This document shows positions 46,335 through 56,593 of a stretch of 64,000 nucleotides of DNA, in pieces. Under the pieces are notes generated by a model. The model was not told where the DNA came from. It saw only the letters and a program-made list of their open reading frames with translations, and ran no database searches. Source of the stretch: Candidatus Bathyarchaeota archaeon (GTDB taxonomy: Archaea; Thermoproteota; Bathyarchaeia; Bathyarchaeales; Bathyarchaeaceae). Made by a program: the position numbers and the translations under genes. Numbering within the stretch: the stretch's first letter is position 1; the number at the start of each line of letters is the position of its first letter. The stretch spans positions 5,206-69,205 of the forward strand of contig CAVOMX010000006.1 of assembly GCA_963697165.1 (NCBI GenBank). Direction: 5' to 3'.

Positions 46335-46565
46335 GCTACCTTTTTATAAATTTTAAAGATGGAAAAAACATCTATAAGAAAAAAGACCGAAAAACACAGA
46401 ATTTAACATTAGTTTTCATCGTTTATATAAGAAAATGGACAACCAAAAAAACAAAAAAGAAACGAATGTAGAGAAGTTTTCTAGACTATTCTACTGTTTT
46501 GTTTCTCACGTTATGTTTTCGTTGAAAGAAACTAAATTATTTCACCGCAAGGCATTATTAAAAAA

Positions 46566-46605
46566 TGTTAAAATTTAACCCTTAAAAAAGAAGGATGTTG
46601 CGGGA
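46566..46605 (-). repeat. Palindrome site with adjacent CGCAA/C-T tract
   Basis: Reverse strand reads TCCCGCAACATCCTTCTTTTTTAAGGGTTAAATTTTAACA. Confidence 0.7.
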
Positions 46606-46755
46606 ATTTTTTCGGAATCCTTTCTTGACTCAAGTTCAAATGTAAGACATTGTATTCCGCTGCAAACGTCTAACTTATTTACAATAGTGTGTCTTCAAAT
46701 CTGGGCGATGCGGGCGCTAATCTATTCTTAAATTTTTGGAGGGGGGAAGTAAAAA

Positions 46756-46959
46756 ATGGGGGGATGTTACGGGACTGAAGTTGTGATGGAATATAGACTT
46801 ATTCGAAAATTTGAGAAAGCCGGAGCAACTTCGAAAGAAAGAGCTGTAACCTTTGATGAAGCAAAGTTAGACATTATGGAACAGTATTGGCTAGATTATT
46901 TTGCAGGAGTTTTTCTTGGCAAAATAAAAAAGACAAAAAATCATCTATACTACATTTAA
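46756..46959 (+). CDS. Small hypothetical protein
   Basis: 67-aa ORF with a purine-rich upstream region, alone between two palindrome sites. Confidence 0.6.
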   Translation: MGGCYGTEVVMEYRLIRKFEKAGATSKERAVTFDEAKLDIMEQYWLDYFAGVFLGKIKKTKNHLYYI

Positions 46960-47103
46960 TATTGGTTCATCAATTTCTTCATTCAGCGGCTCTGGGCGTA
47001 TAATTTCTTTTAGGGGGTGAGAGAGCAGGCGCGCGAGCGGGCGGGCGTAACCACACACGTACACGCGTACACATTCGTAAATACGAACACGAATGTGTGT
47101 GTT

Positions 47104-47120
47104 GGGGCTAAATTTTAACC
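47104..47120. repeat. Palindrome site
   Basis: GGGGCTAAATTTTAACC. Confidence 0.7.
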
Positions 47121-47293
47121 TCAAATCAAAGCGCACCCCTGTACACGAATCTACGTATCTTTTTCCCTCTTTCTAACTTTCTAGAAAACATTAACATTGG
47201 CTTAATTTTTTTGTTTCTTTACTTCCGATTTCTCTTTGAAGTCTATTTGATAAGAAAAGAGTTGTAAGCGTATGCATGCGGTTTCCAACACGC

Positions 47294-47854
47294 TTAGTCA
47301 TATGATATCAATTCTTTTTCCTCAACTTGTTTATGAAGTTTAGCGATAGCTTTGTAAACGTTTTCCTCTTTTGTGGCTCCTGTGCAAACAATTTTCCCGC
47401 TTGCGAAGATAAGAATCACAACTTTTGGTTCATCCATTCTGTAAATGAGACCCGGAAACTGTTCGGGTTCATACATGGTTCTTTCGAGACTATAAGTAGC
47501 TTCTTCAAGCTCTATTCTCCCTAAAAGGTCCGCTGAGGCAACCATGTTCACTATTTTGATTTCGGGTTTTCCAGGTATGATTATTCCGCTTTTTTTCAGT
47601 TCTTTTACAACTTTCAGAACAGCTTTTTTTGATTCATTTTCAGACTTGGCTCCGGTGCAAACCATCTTCCCCGTACTGAAGATTAGGATGGCGGTCTTAG
47701 GCTTTTTTAGTCTGAAAACTAGACCTGGAAACCTTTCTGGACGATACTCAACTCCAGGATTCCCCTTAACAATCGCATTCAAGTCAAACCTTTGATTTAA
47801 CGTTACAGATGCCACAACATTTTCGATCCTGATAGAATCTTCAACAGTAGTCAT
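47294..47854 (-). CDS. tbp: TATA-box binding protein
   Basis: Two TBP repeats (NVVAS..YRPERFPGL; NMVAS..YEPEQFPGL). Confidence 0.97.
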   Translation of the reverse strand: MTTVEDSIRIENVVASVTLNQRFDLNAIVKGNPGVEYRPERFPGLVFRLKKPKTAILIFSTGKMVCTGAKSENESKKAVLKVVKELKKSGIIIPGKPEIKIVNMVASADLLGRIELEEATYSLERTMYEPEQFPGLIYRMDEPKVVILIFASGKIVCTGATKEENVYKAIAKLHKQVEEKELISYD

Positions 47855-47956
47855 TCATATCCCCATCATAGACATCATATTTTTTGCTTCTGTTAAGCCT
47901 TTTGACCCAAAGTTCTGTCTCATATACTGAGAGAACCGGAAAAAATTCCTATGAGA

Positions 47957-47979
47957 TGTTAAATTTTAACCCCAAATCC
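47957..47979. repeat. Palindrome site
   Basis: TGTTAAATTTTAACCCCAAATCC. Confidence 0.75.
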
Positions 47980-48038
47980 AGAGTAATTTAACTTTGTGGC
48001 AACAACAGTCCCTTTATGCTAAATTAAATTTTAGTCAG

Positions 48039-49028
48039 TTACACTCGAAGGCGGTTTATATCTTCATCACTAGCGGCAGTAGATCTAATGATTGTTACAT
48101 TTCCAGCTAGTACCCGTTGTACATTCACTTCCTCACAATTTTCAACATCCGAATACCTTATTGTTATCTCAGCTGCTTTCTTTGTAACCTTACCAGAACA
48201 ATTTTCTTCCAGTAATGTAATTGGACCCATGTAATCAACAACTTCAAGGTGTGGTAGTTGTTTTCGATTGCTAATCATTAAAAGAGACTGGTTTTCTTTC
48301 TCATTTCTCCCTACAATAATTTTTTTTCCATCAAATCGAAAATGTCTCCCTATTTTCAAAAGATTAACATCATCTATTTTTAGGTCTTTTTTGTATTTTA
48401 ATAAATCCTTTAGTCTTTCAGCAAACTTAGGGTCGGTTAGTAAACATCCACCTGATGGACATGGGTAGTCTTTTACGCCCCATTTGTTAGCTAAATCCAT
48501 TTGTGGCAATCGTCTTCGCCCTTGAATTGAATGCAGCTTCTCCCTATTCACTTGCCCGCTTTTTTCTATCTCTGTTTCAGGTAGAAGTTTTGCAGATAAA
48601 GGTCTCAGAATCATTCCTTCCATTTCGGCCTTCCTTTCAATAAGATCCATTGCCCTTTTGGTTTGAGAGAATGGTCTTTGATCCAAAACCTCCCCGGTTA
48701 CAACGCATTTAGCTCCCAGTTTTTGGGCTAATTCTTTAGCTTTTCTCATCATCATAATTCTACAATCTATACACGGATTCATTTGACTGCCATATCCACG
48801 AGGAGGATTAGCAATTAAATCCAAATATTCTTGACCCAATATGACTGTATGCGCCTTAATTCCAAAAGTCTTGACTACCGATCCTGCAGAACATTTATCA
48901 CAAAGACAAAAAGGGGTAGTAAAAATTGCTGCTTCTACATCTAGGTCTTGATCAATCATTGCTTTAACGGCCAATGTACTGTCTAAACCTCCAGAAAGTA
49001 GAACTAACACTTTGGATTTTTCATTCAT
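48039..49028 (-). CDS. PP-loop tRNA thiolation enzyme (ThiI/MnmA-like, no THUMP domain)
   Basis: SGGLDS, NPCIDCR, TGEVLDQRP and GGCLLTD motifs. Confidence 0.8.
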   Translation of the reverse strand: MNEKSKVLVLLSGGLDSTLAVKAMIDQDLDVEAAIFTTPFCLCDKCSAGSVVKTFGIKAHTVILGQEYLDLIANPPRGYGSQMNPCIDCRIMMMRKAKELAQKLGAKCVVTGEVLDQRPFSQTKRAMDLIERKAEMEGMILRPLSAKLLPETEIEKSGQVNREKLHSIQGRRRLPQMDLANKWGVKDYPCPSGGCLLTDPKFAERLKDLLKYKKDLKIDDVNLLKIGRHFRFDGKKIIVGRNEKENQSLLMISNRKQLPHLEVVDYMGPITLLEENCSGKVTKKAAEITIRYSDVENCEEVNVQRVLAGNVTIIRSTAASDEDINRLRV

Positions 49029-49205
49029 TATATTATCACCAATTAAATATTAACTGATAATTTGGTCAGAATTTGTTCAGTAAAATCTTATTTATAGAAT
49101 TCATGAAGACACCAATTCAATATTCGTCAGTTATAACGAAACAGAATGATGATATAACACCGTTATATATTTTTTCTTTTAAAGGCATAGATGTTTCAAC
49201 AGAGA

Positions 49206-49245
49206 TGTTAAATTTTAGCCACCAAATTCAAATCCAAAACCAAAC
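49206..49245. repeat. Degenerate palindrome site with tail
   Basis: TGTTAAATTTTAGCCACCAAATTCAAATCCAAAACCAAAC. Confidence 0.55.
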
Positions 49246-49418
49246 ACACACTATAGACAGCTATTACAATTAGCCATTGCTAATTGTGGAAAAACAATAA
49301 TTTAAAATAATAATACTTCATTGCTAAAAACAGTCTTTTTTCCAGAAAAACAGCGAACCTTAAAGGTTAATAGAAAACTTGACCACCTAACTAGTATTCA
49401 CTTTGGGAGCGGACATTA

Positions 49419-50129
49419 ATGAAGACTCAGTCTGGCTGGAGAGCATCAATAGCGATCGTTTGTTATGTCTCTTTGATTGTTGGAATTTTTTTTGGAAGCA
49501 TAATAGTTGCACTAATAGTTTTTTGCTTGGGCATTGACTTTCAAGAATTATCTTTTCCAGCATCCCTAATATCCCTACCCATCACTGAAGGATTAATCTT
49601 AGGAATCACGTTTTTTTTTGCTAAACATAAAGGTGCAAATTTACAAAAATTGGGATTAAAAAAGCCCCGCCTTAAAACAATATTGATTGTTTCAGTTGTT
49701 GCTCTGCTTCTTATTCTGCTTGCTGGAACCATCTCTGTCTTTGAAGAGGTTGTTCTGGGTCCAGACCCTATGGCTGAAGACCTCTTGACTGTTCTGTTGC
49801 CTCGAGATTCATTTCAACTGGTTGCTCTGGTCGGAATTTCAATATTTCTGGTTGGTCCCGCTGAAGAGTTAGCATTTAGGGGCTTCATCCAGCGGGGGTT
49901 TGAGAACTCGTTTGGCAAGATGAGTGGTCTGCTGATTGCCTCCCTACTGTTTGGGCTCTTGCATGGTCTCAATTCTCTGCGTGCCATCATTCCCGTTACT
50001 GTGATCAGCCTGATTTTGGGTTATGTCTGGCAAAAAACTGATGGCAACACCACAGCTTGTGCTTGGATGCATGGACTATACGACGCAGTAACCATAACCT
50101 TGGCATATCTTGCTTCCGTTTACGTCTAA
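49419..50129 (+). CDS. CPBP/CAAX (Abi) family intramembrane metalloprotease
   Basis: EELAFRG, FGLLH and MHGLYD motifs. Confidence 0.9.
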   Translation: MKTQSGWRASIAIVCYVSLIVGIFFGSIIVALIVFCLGIDFQELSFPASLISLPITEGLILGITFFFAKHKGANLQKLGLKKPRLKTILIVSVVALLLILLAGTISVFEEVVLGPDPMAEDLLTVLLPRDSFQLVALVGISIFLVGPAEELAFRGFIQRGFENSFGKMSGLLIASLLFGLLHGLNSLRAIIPVTVISLILGYVWQKTDGNTTACAWMHGLYDAVTITLAYLASVYV

Positions 50130-50191
50130 ATCACGTGACATCTAGCCTTCTTCGATCAATATAATAACCCGTTATCAAGAATAATGAGGTT

Positions 50192-51242
50192 ATGCGAGGT
50201 TTCAGGGATCGCGATTTTATTCAAACCAGCGAAGGACTCTTTTTTTGTGTAGTTGGGCCACTACATCCGCCGAAGCGGGTCATCTCCTACATTAAGTACG
50301 TTCCATCAGAGTCCGGAGTTTGGGGAAGCGGAGAAAACAAATTCAGCAGAATATTACAGAAATACACGATTCCTAATCTGTTGGAAACATTCAATTTTCT
50401 TGAGCAAAACTATCCGTATTACCTGTTCCATTCTCCTGTATACAACATAACTATAACCGCTGTTCCTTACGAATGCATAAAGGAGACATTTCAAGCCAGA
50501 ACAAAAGTTGGCTCAACTGAGGCAGGCTCAGCAACTGGATTCGTTACAAGAGAAGCTGATCCGTTTCACAATGTTTTTAGAGGAAATAAGTGGTGTTCCC
50601 GCAGCGTCTTTTGGTGTGACAGGTTCTCTTCTTCTTGATATTCATCAACCAGTATTTTCGGACCTTGACATAACGGTGTATGGCGTAGATGACAGTTGGA
50701 CTCTGCATAAAGCATTGACTGAAAATCGAGGTTCTGACTTGCCCATGAAACGTCTCAAAGGAAAATCTCTGGAAGACTGGTGCCTCAAGAAGGCTGAGCA
50801 GTATCCGTTGTCTCCCGCGGAAGCATCAAAAATTTACCATCGGAAGTGGAACCTAGGAGTTTTTGAAGACCGCTGGGTTTCTATACATCCTGTTTATCTT
50901 GAAAGCAATGTTACAGAAGAATACGACCAAAATTCTTACATTCCGTGTGATCAAGTAACAATACAAGCTGTTATAGGCGACAATACAGGTTCCCTTTTTC
51001 TTCCCGCGACATATAAGATTGAAGACGTGAAGTTTCTGGTTGGTCAGCATTTAGATAATGTTACTGAGGTGGTTTCTTACGAGAGCCTCTATGATAGTCT
51101 AGCTGAAAACGGCGAAACCATCCAAGCTAAAGGCAAACTTGAGAACGTGTCATTGAAAAAGGAACCAAACTAGAGCATTACCGTGTTCTGATAGGTTCAG
51201 CCTGAAGGCAAAGGCAAGGAATACATAAAATTGGTGGATTAA
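50192..51242 (+). CDS. Predicted nucleotidyltransferase (COG1665-like; frameshifted)
   Basis: FRDRD N-terminus; GVTGS..SDLDITVYG; paralog of the 28752 and 29833 genes. Confidence 0.8.
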
Positions 51243-51256
51243 CCAAAAAAGGGTGG

Positions 51257-52156
51257 TTACTCCAGATTCAACACTTCTTTTAGATTTGCTTTAAACGGAC
51301 CAAGCTTGCCTCCGTAGTTACCAGCAGTAATCTTTATGACTCCAGGAACTTTGATTGCAGCCTGTATTCCTTCACCCATAGCAGCTTTCACAACTTTCTG
51401 GTTCAAACCATTTATTACAATCTCGTAGACGCTATTAACACCGTCTGGAACCATAGAGTCAGACACCAATTTCTTGATGGTTGGACAATATTGATGGCTT
51501 GTAGATGCAGGAAGCTTATAGTTAAGAGATCCAATTTTCGATCCTGCCCTGCATAGACCGCCGGGGAAGGGCATAATTACTCCCCGAACATTCTTACTGA
51601 TGGCTTCTTTAGCGTCTTCCGATGCCTTTAGAGCAACCTCCCAGTCTTTTGCTAATATAAGCATGTTTCCACTGGCAACTGCTTTCATGATTCCGAAGGT
51701 ATCTTCAACTATGAATTCGCCTTCCATAACTGGTATTCGCCAAACTTTCCTTCCAGCAACCTCGTCACTTTTCTGGAAGCCGTCTCCGAATAGGCGTAGG
51801 CTTCTGCCAATTTTGACTCTTCTTTTTGCTTTGGGTAACGCGTCGAAGGCTGCTGTTGTTGGGCAGGTCATGATGCATTGTCCGATTCTTAAACTCATTT
51901 GGTGCTTGAGATCGCCTCTTGAGCTGTGGTAGATTTGAATGATGGCTCCTGGACGTCCGTCTGGAGTTTCTTTTGGAGATACAAGTCCTTCTACTGATGC
52001 CTCTGCTGGTGACATGATGATGGATGAAGCGAAGCCTGATGCGGTTCTTGCTGCGATTAATGCCCATTTTTCATTGGCAGCAGTTATCAGTATTCGACCT
52101 GCCCACATTGGAAACATTTCGGCGAATGTATCCTCTATGGTGCAGAATGTTTCCAT
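51257..52156 (-). CDS. ftr: Formylmethanofuran-tetrahydromethanopterin formyltransferase (start uncertain; homology extends to 52208)
   Basis: IEDTFAE, TPDGRPG, RIGQCIMTCPT, PFPGG..GSK and ITAGNYGGKLG motifs. Confidence 0.93.
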   Translation of the reverse strand: METFCTIEDTFAEMFPMWAGRILITAANEKWALIAARTASGFASSIIMSPAEASVEGLVSPKETPDGRPGAIIQIYHSSRGDLKHQMSLRIGQCIMTCPTTAAFDALPKAKRRVKIGRSLRLFGDGFQKSDEVAGRKVWRIPVMEGEFIVEDTFGIMKAVASGNMLILAKDWEVALKASEDAKEAISKNVRGVIMPFPGGLCRAGSKIGSLNYKLPASTSHQYCPTIKKLVSDSMVPDGVNSVYEIVINGLNQKVVKAAMGEGIQAAIKVPGVIKITAGNYGGKLGPFKANLKEVLNLE

Positions 52157-52209
52157 TCTCGGTTTTAACTATGAAGTCTCCGTTATCTTCTCTTTTGATA
52201 ACTTCGAGT

Positions 52210-53373
52210 TTACTTTCTTTTTCTGAAGATTTTGATTCCGTCTCTTTCTGTGACATACTCGAAACCTGCCATTAACAACTCTTCGTCTTGTTTTAAACTT
52301 TTAGATGTTGCGGTGTGATACTCGTCACTCTCAAAGTTCACAAAATGGGTGTAAATAAGTGTAGATGTTATGTTCCTGTGTCCAAGTCTCTCTTTAACAT
52401 GAAGAATGTTTTTTGTTTTGAAGTATTCCAATGAACCATAGAGATGTCGAAGAGTGTGAAAGGTGATTTTGTCTATTCGGGGATTCTGTAGTTTATTGGC
52501 TACATGTTTTCGTTGTTGCCTGAAGTTTTTTCTGAAATGTTTTAGTTGAGTATTTCCGAATATTTTCTCTCCTGTTTTCGGTAGCATATTAAGCATTGAA
52601 ATTAGTTTGCCTGATATCTTGAATTGACGTGGTAAACCATTTTTTTCAGGTTTGTTGATTGTTAGGATTCCTTTCTCCTGGTCAAAATCTATCCATGTTA
52701 ATTGCCATGCTTCTCCATACCTGCAACCTGTCTCGTTCAATAATTGAATGAATGTCGCAACTTTCCGACTACAACCGCCAATTAATGCCTCGATTTCTTT
52801 TGTTTGTGGTAGCCACGGTAATTTTTCTTGTTTTTTCCCCATGTTTCAAAGTTGATTTGTTCAGAAATCTGTATGTTACATATTTGGCAAAATGATTTGT
52901 AAGCAATTGCAGAGTTTTTTTTAGCTCCATCAGTCCAGTTCTTTTCTGTTACTGTTCTGGTTTTATGGCTGAATTTTTTGGCCTTGTTAATAATGTGAAA
53001 GACACTTTCAGGGTTTGTTAAGGTTGCTCCACGTTTTTGCAGTAACTTCAACACGTTTACTCGGTTTATGATTGTTTTAGGTTTCAGTCCTTTAAGAATC
53101 AGTTTTGCTTCATAGTTTACTAAATGTCCTTTTGTGGTCGATTCTCCCGCAGTCTGTTTTTCGTTTTGTTTTGACTGCGTCCAAGTTTTTCACTCTCTCT
53201 GTTTCGAGAGCGCATATTTGGCGACCACGTGTTATCTGGTAGTCTTTATAATATTTTTCATTGAAACGATAACCACAGCTTCGACAAAGATATCTTTGAA
53301 ACACCTTGCCCTGAACGTAACGTAGACCATCTTTCCAAATCATAGAGTTGGTACATTCAGGACAAACCAGCAT
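52210..53373 (-). CDS. Tyrosine recombinase/integrase with N-terminal Zn ribbon (two frameshifts)
   Basis: CPEC..CRSC; catalytic GCR, FHTLRH, LGH, TLIY; three ORF pieces join. Confidence 0.88.
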
Positions 53374-53855
53374 TATTGCTGGGTCTCCTTGCCTTTTTTT
53401 CGTTCAGATTTATATTTCTCTACGCATGGTTGGCACGCTAGCTTGCCATCTATTATTGAAAGATTCTTCAATAAAATTGGTTTATTACAGATAAAACAAA
53501 CTTGGATATGCCCTGTTTCGTTTCCCGTTTGTTCAGGGAGAAGTTTATTTGGCTTATTTTTCGATTCTGATGACGTTTCTTTGCTCTGTTTGAGGATTCT
53601 CACGTTCTCATAAGGGTATAGAAATGCTTTCTTTTTTACAACTACTCTCGGTTTTCCTTCATGGATAATAATGTCAATTTCGTTACCGGTAATTGGGTCA
53701 ATAAAAGAGCCCTCTATAGGGTAGCGAGAAAGTGAGAAGTTAGTAATAACGCCTAATACTTGCTCTATTTGCTTTTCCGCATCTTCTACATTTCCCCCTT
53801 CAGAAACAAGAAGTGTTTTAGGCGTATTTTCCGTTGTATAAAAAACATAAGACAA
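53373..53855 (-). CDS. Hypothetical element protein with C-terminal CxxC..CxxC
   Basis: CFICNK..CQPC; stop codon overlaps the integrase start. Confidence 0.6.
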   Translation of the reverse strand: MSYVFYTTENTPKTLLVSEGGNVEDAEKQIEQVLGVITNFSLSRYPIEGSFIDPITGNEIDIIIHEGKPRVVVKKKAFLYPYENVRILKQSKETSSESKNKPNKLLPEQTGNETGHIQVCFICNKPILLKNLSIIDGKLACQPCVEKYKSERKKGKETQQ

Positions 53856-54276
53856 AAATTAACAATAATGTTTTCGATTTAATTGAGAACAAGGATGTTG
53901 TGTTACACCATCGGGGAAAAGATTTGAACAAAGCAAAACGAAGTATGACTTCTTATTCTTAGAAGCTACACAACTATATTCTGTCTTTTTTCTGAATTCG
54001 GGTATTGTATTCTTTATGTTTTCTGTCATTGTCTCGTTTTTGTATTTGTGTATTCTTCTGTTTTCTAACTGCCTGTATACAAGAATTACCTAGGTAAAAC
54101 TCTCTGTCTTTTGTATGTGTTCTGTTATGTCAAATTGTCTTGTCTGTTTTCGTGAGTGTCTACTTTTTGTCTGTTTCTATTCTGTAGGTTTGTCCATTTT
54201 CTTGTTTTTCTAAAATAAATGTAATATAGTGTCGGATGTGTTAGATAAATAGCCTCAGGATCGGAGACCATGTAAC

Positions 54277-55272
54277 TTGAGTAATCTTAGATGTTTTATT
54301 AGTTATTCTTGGGATCACCAAAAACACAAAGATTGGGTTAGATTATTAGCAGAAGAATTAAGAAAAAACGGCGTAGATGCAAAATTAGATCAATGGGATT
54401 GCCAGCTCGGAATGGATTTGGCAAATTACATGGAAACTGGCATACGGGAATCCGATTTTGTTCTTTTGATATGTATCCCCATTTTTTGTGAGAAAGCTAA
54501 TTCTGGAACGGGTGGGGTTGGATATGAGAAATGTATTGTTACAGGTGAAATATTTCAGGGAACTGACCCTAGGAAGTTTATCCCAATTCTCCGTGAAGGT
54601 ACTCCAAAAGAATCCATGCCATCATACCTTAAATCAAAAGTTTACATAGATTTTCGAAACGATGGAGAATTTGATTCAAATTTGGAAGATTTATTGAGAC
54701 CGATTTATAAAAGTCCCAAATATGTTAGACCTCCACTTGGATTTAAACCACCTTTTAGTAATGATTCCCAACAATCTGGAATCAGTGGGAAAAAAGTTAA
54801 GATTTGGGATTTTAGAACATACCGACTAGTTTATGATTATGCTATTAGTTATTTTGGAATGAAGTTACTTCCAGAACAAGCAAGAGAGTTTGCCGACGAA
54901 TGGATGTTCAAACACTCGGATAGAAATTTTGAGGACTACAAACAGGTCTACGAGTATGCTGTCAGTTTTATTGGAATGAAATTACTTCCTTCAGCTGCGA
55001 GATTGTTTGCTGATAAATGGATGACTGAATACGCGGATAGAAATTTTGATGGCTACAAACAGGTCTACGAGTATGCTGTTGGCTATTTTGGAATGAAGTT
55101 ACTTCCAGAACAAGCAAGAGAGTTTGCTGACGAATGGATGTTCAAATATTCCAAGACAGATTTTGGTAATTTAAAACAGATCTACGAGTATGCTGTCAGT
55201 TCTATTGGAATGAAATTACTACCTTCAGATGCAAAAGAATTTGCTTTGGAAAAAATTAAAGAACAGATTTAA
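54277..55272 (+). CDS. TIR/SEFIR-domain protein with C-terminal ~39-aa repeats
   Basis: FISYSWD, LDQWD, GGVGYE; four YEYAV..GMKLLP repeats. Confidence 0.88.
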   Translation: MSNLRCFISYSWDHQKHKDWVRLLAEELRKNGVDAKLDQWDCQLGMDLANYMETGIRESDFVLLICIPIFCEKANSGTGGVGYEKCIVTGEIFQGTDPRKFIPILREGTPKESMPSYLKSKVYIDFRNDGEFDSNLEDLLRPIYKSPKYVRPPLGFKPPFSNDSQQSGISGKKVKIWDFRTYRLVYDYAISYFGMKLLPEQAREFADEWMFKHSDRNFEDYKQVYEYAVSFIGMKLLPSAARLFADKWMTEYADRNFDGYKQVYEYAVGYFGMKLLPEQAREFADEWMFKYSKTDFGNLKQIYEYAVSSIGMKLLPSDAKEFALEKIKEQI

Positions 55273-55392
55273 GCAGTCCAAGATACTTTTTTTCTTCCTC
55301 ATTTTGTTCCACCCAAAATTACCTAGGTAAAAAGCTAGTCAACAACAAAATTACCTATGTAAAGTTCCAAACGATTAGGGAATACTATAAAA

Positions 55393-55408
55393 AGTTAAAA
55401 TTTAACCC
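55393..55408. repeat. Palindrome site
   Basis: AGTTAAAATTTAACCC. Confidence 0.7.
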
Positions 55409-55557
55409 GTAATTAAAAAAATTAAATGGTTTAGTTATTAAATTACGATTAATTGTATATCCGTACATTCATTCTTGATTAGAGAAATGAAAAAAACTGT
55501 ATACAGGGACTATACTATGTAAAGAAACTTGAAAGGCTAACATGGAGGTTTAAAGAA

Positions 55558-55770
55558 TTGGGTTTATGGCAAAAAATAATTCAACGAATTAGACGTAGAT
55601 TATTGCTCCCAGGAGAAAATTGGGGAAATAAAAAACATGGAGAATGCTTCAACTTTGATAATGGAACATGTCTAATCATACCAAGGGCATTTAAAAGAAG
55701 AAATTTGGACCCAAAATGGCCAGCATGCCCCCATTTCAAAGCAAAAAATAATCAAAGGAACAATATCTGA
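55558..55770 (+). CDS. Small Cys-containing hypothetical protein
   Basis: 70-aa ORF preceded by GGAGG; lies between two palindrome sites. Confidence 0.5.
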   Translation: MGLWQKIIQRIRRRLLLPGENWGNKKHGECFNFDNGTCLIIPRAFKRRNLDPKWPACPHFKAKNNQRNNI

Positions 55771-55806
55771 AATGTTGTAGAATAAAATTTCAACTTAGGA
55801 CTTATC

Positions 55807-55870
55807 GGTTTGGGTTAAAATTTTAACCTTTAGAAAAAAAGTGGACTTGTGGGAGATATCACCACTGGGG
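55807..55870 (-). repeat. Composite repeat (GGTGATATCTCC + C/T tract + palindrome)
   Basis: Reverse strand reads CCCCAGTGGTGATATCTCCCACAAGTCCACTTTTTTTCTAAAGGTTAAAATTTTAACCCAAACC. Confidence 0.7.
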
Positions 55871-56167
55871 TGAGAATCCATGCTAGACCATGACCCAATA
55901 TGTTCTGTCTTTCTTATTTGAATAGCTTTCAAAATTTAAAAAAAGGAGGAGTTGCGGGATTTAGTGGCGATGTCTCCAACCATTAAGGGAATGGCTGTTA
56001 CCTAAACGGTGGACACATGACCACTTGGTTTTTTGCAAAACCCCCCCTTTTTTTGGAATAGGCAATTTACTAACATAAGAATGCTAAATGTATATTTAAC
56101 TAACTAAACTGACTGACAACCAGCTTAGTCAAAGTAGATAAATATTCTTTTTATTACATGTTTATAG

Positions 56168-56431
56168 TTGAAAGGTGGGGAAGAAAGAATGACGTTTCTT
56201 ATTTGGTTTTTTAACAAAAATCATAAACATCATCATTCTGCAATGATCATCTATTGTTTTTTGTTTGGATTAAGTATGATATTTATTGGTATTGTTGGAA
56301 TTAGTATTTCTGAAATTCTTGCACTTACTTGTTTTATTCTAAGCGGTGTGTCTTTTGTTTCTGGATTTTATTATATCATAGATAAGAAAAGGAAAAAAAC
56401 AGTTAAGAAAATGTCCAGTAATAGCTCATAA
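56168..56431 (+). CDS. Small 2-TM membrane protein
   Basis: Two hydrophobic helices and a basic tail; flanked by 31-bp direct repeats. Confidence 0.55.
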   Translation: MKGGEERMTFLIWFFNKNHKHHHSAMIIYCFLFGLSMIFIGIVGISISEILALTCFILSGVSFVSGFYYIIDKKRKKTVKKMSSNSS

Positions 56432-56593
56432 GAATGGTAAATGTATATTTAACTAACCAGTCTCTTCATGGAATGGCTGTTCTCTTAAGGAGGGTGATAT
56501 CACCCCGTCCATTTCGCAAAACTCCCCTTTTTTCAAGGGTTAATATTTATCTTTCTAGATATACATTCCATAATTGCCAAGGATTGAAGATCT

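Noticed and set aside
39980-49245. Palindrome series as a CRISPR array
   Set aside because: Intervals are 0.3-3.4 kb and contain whole genes, the repeats are short and degenerate, and no cas genes are present
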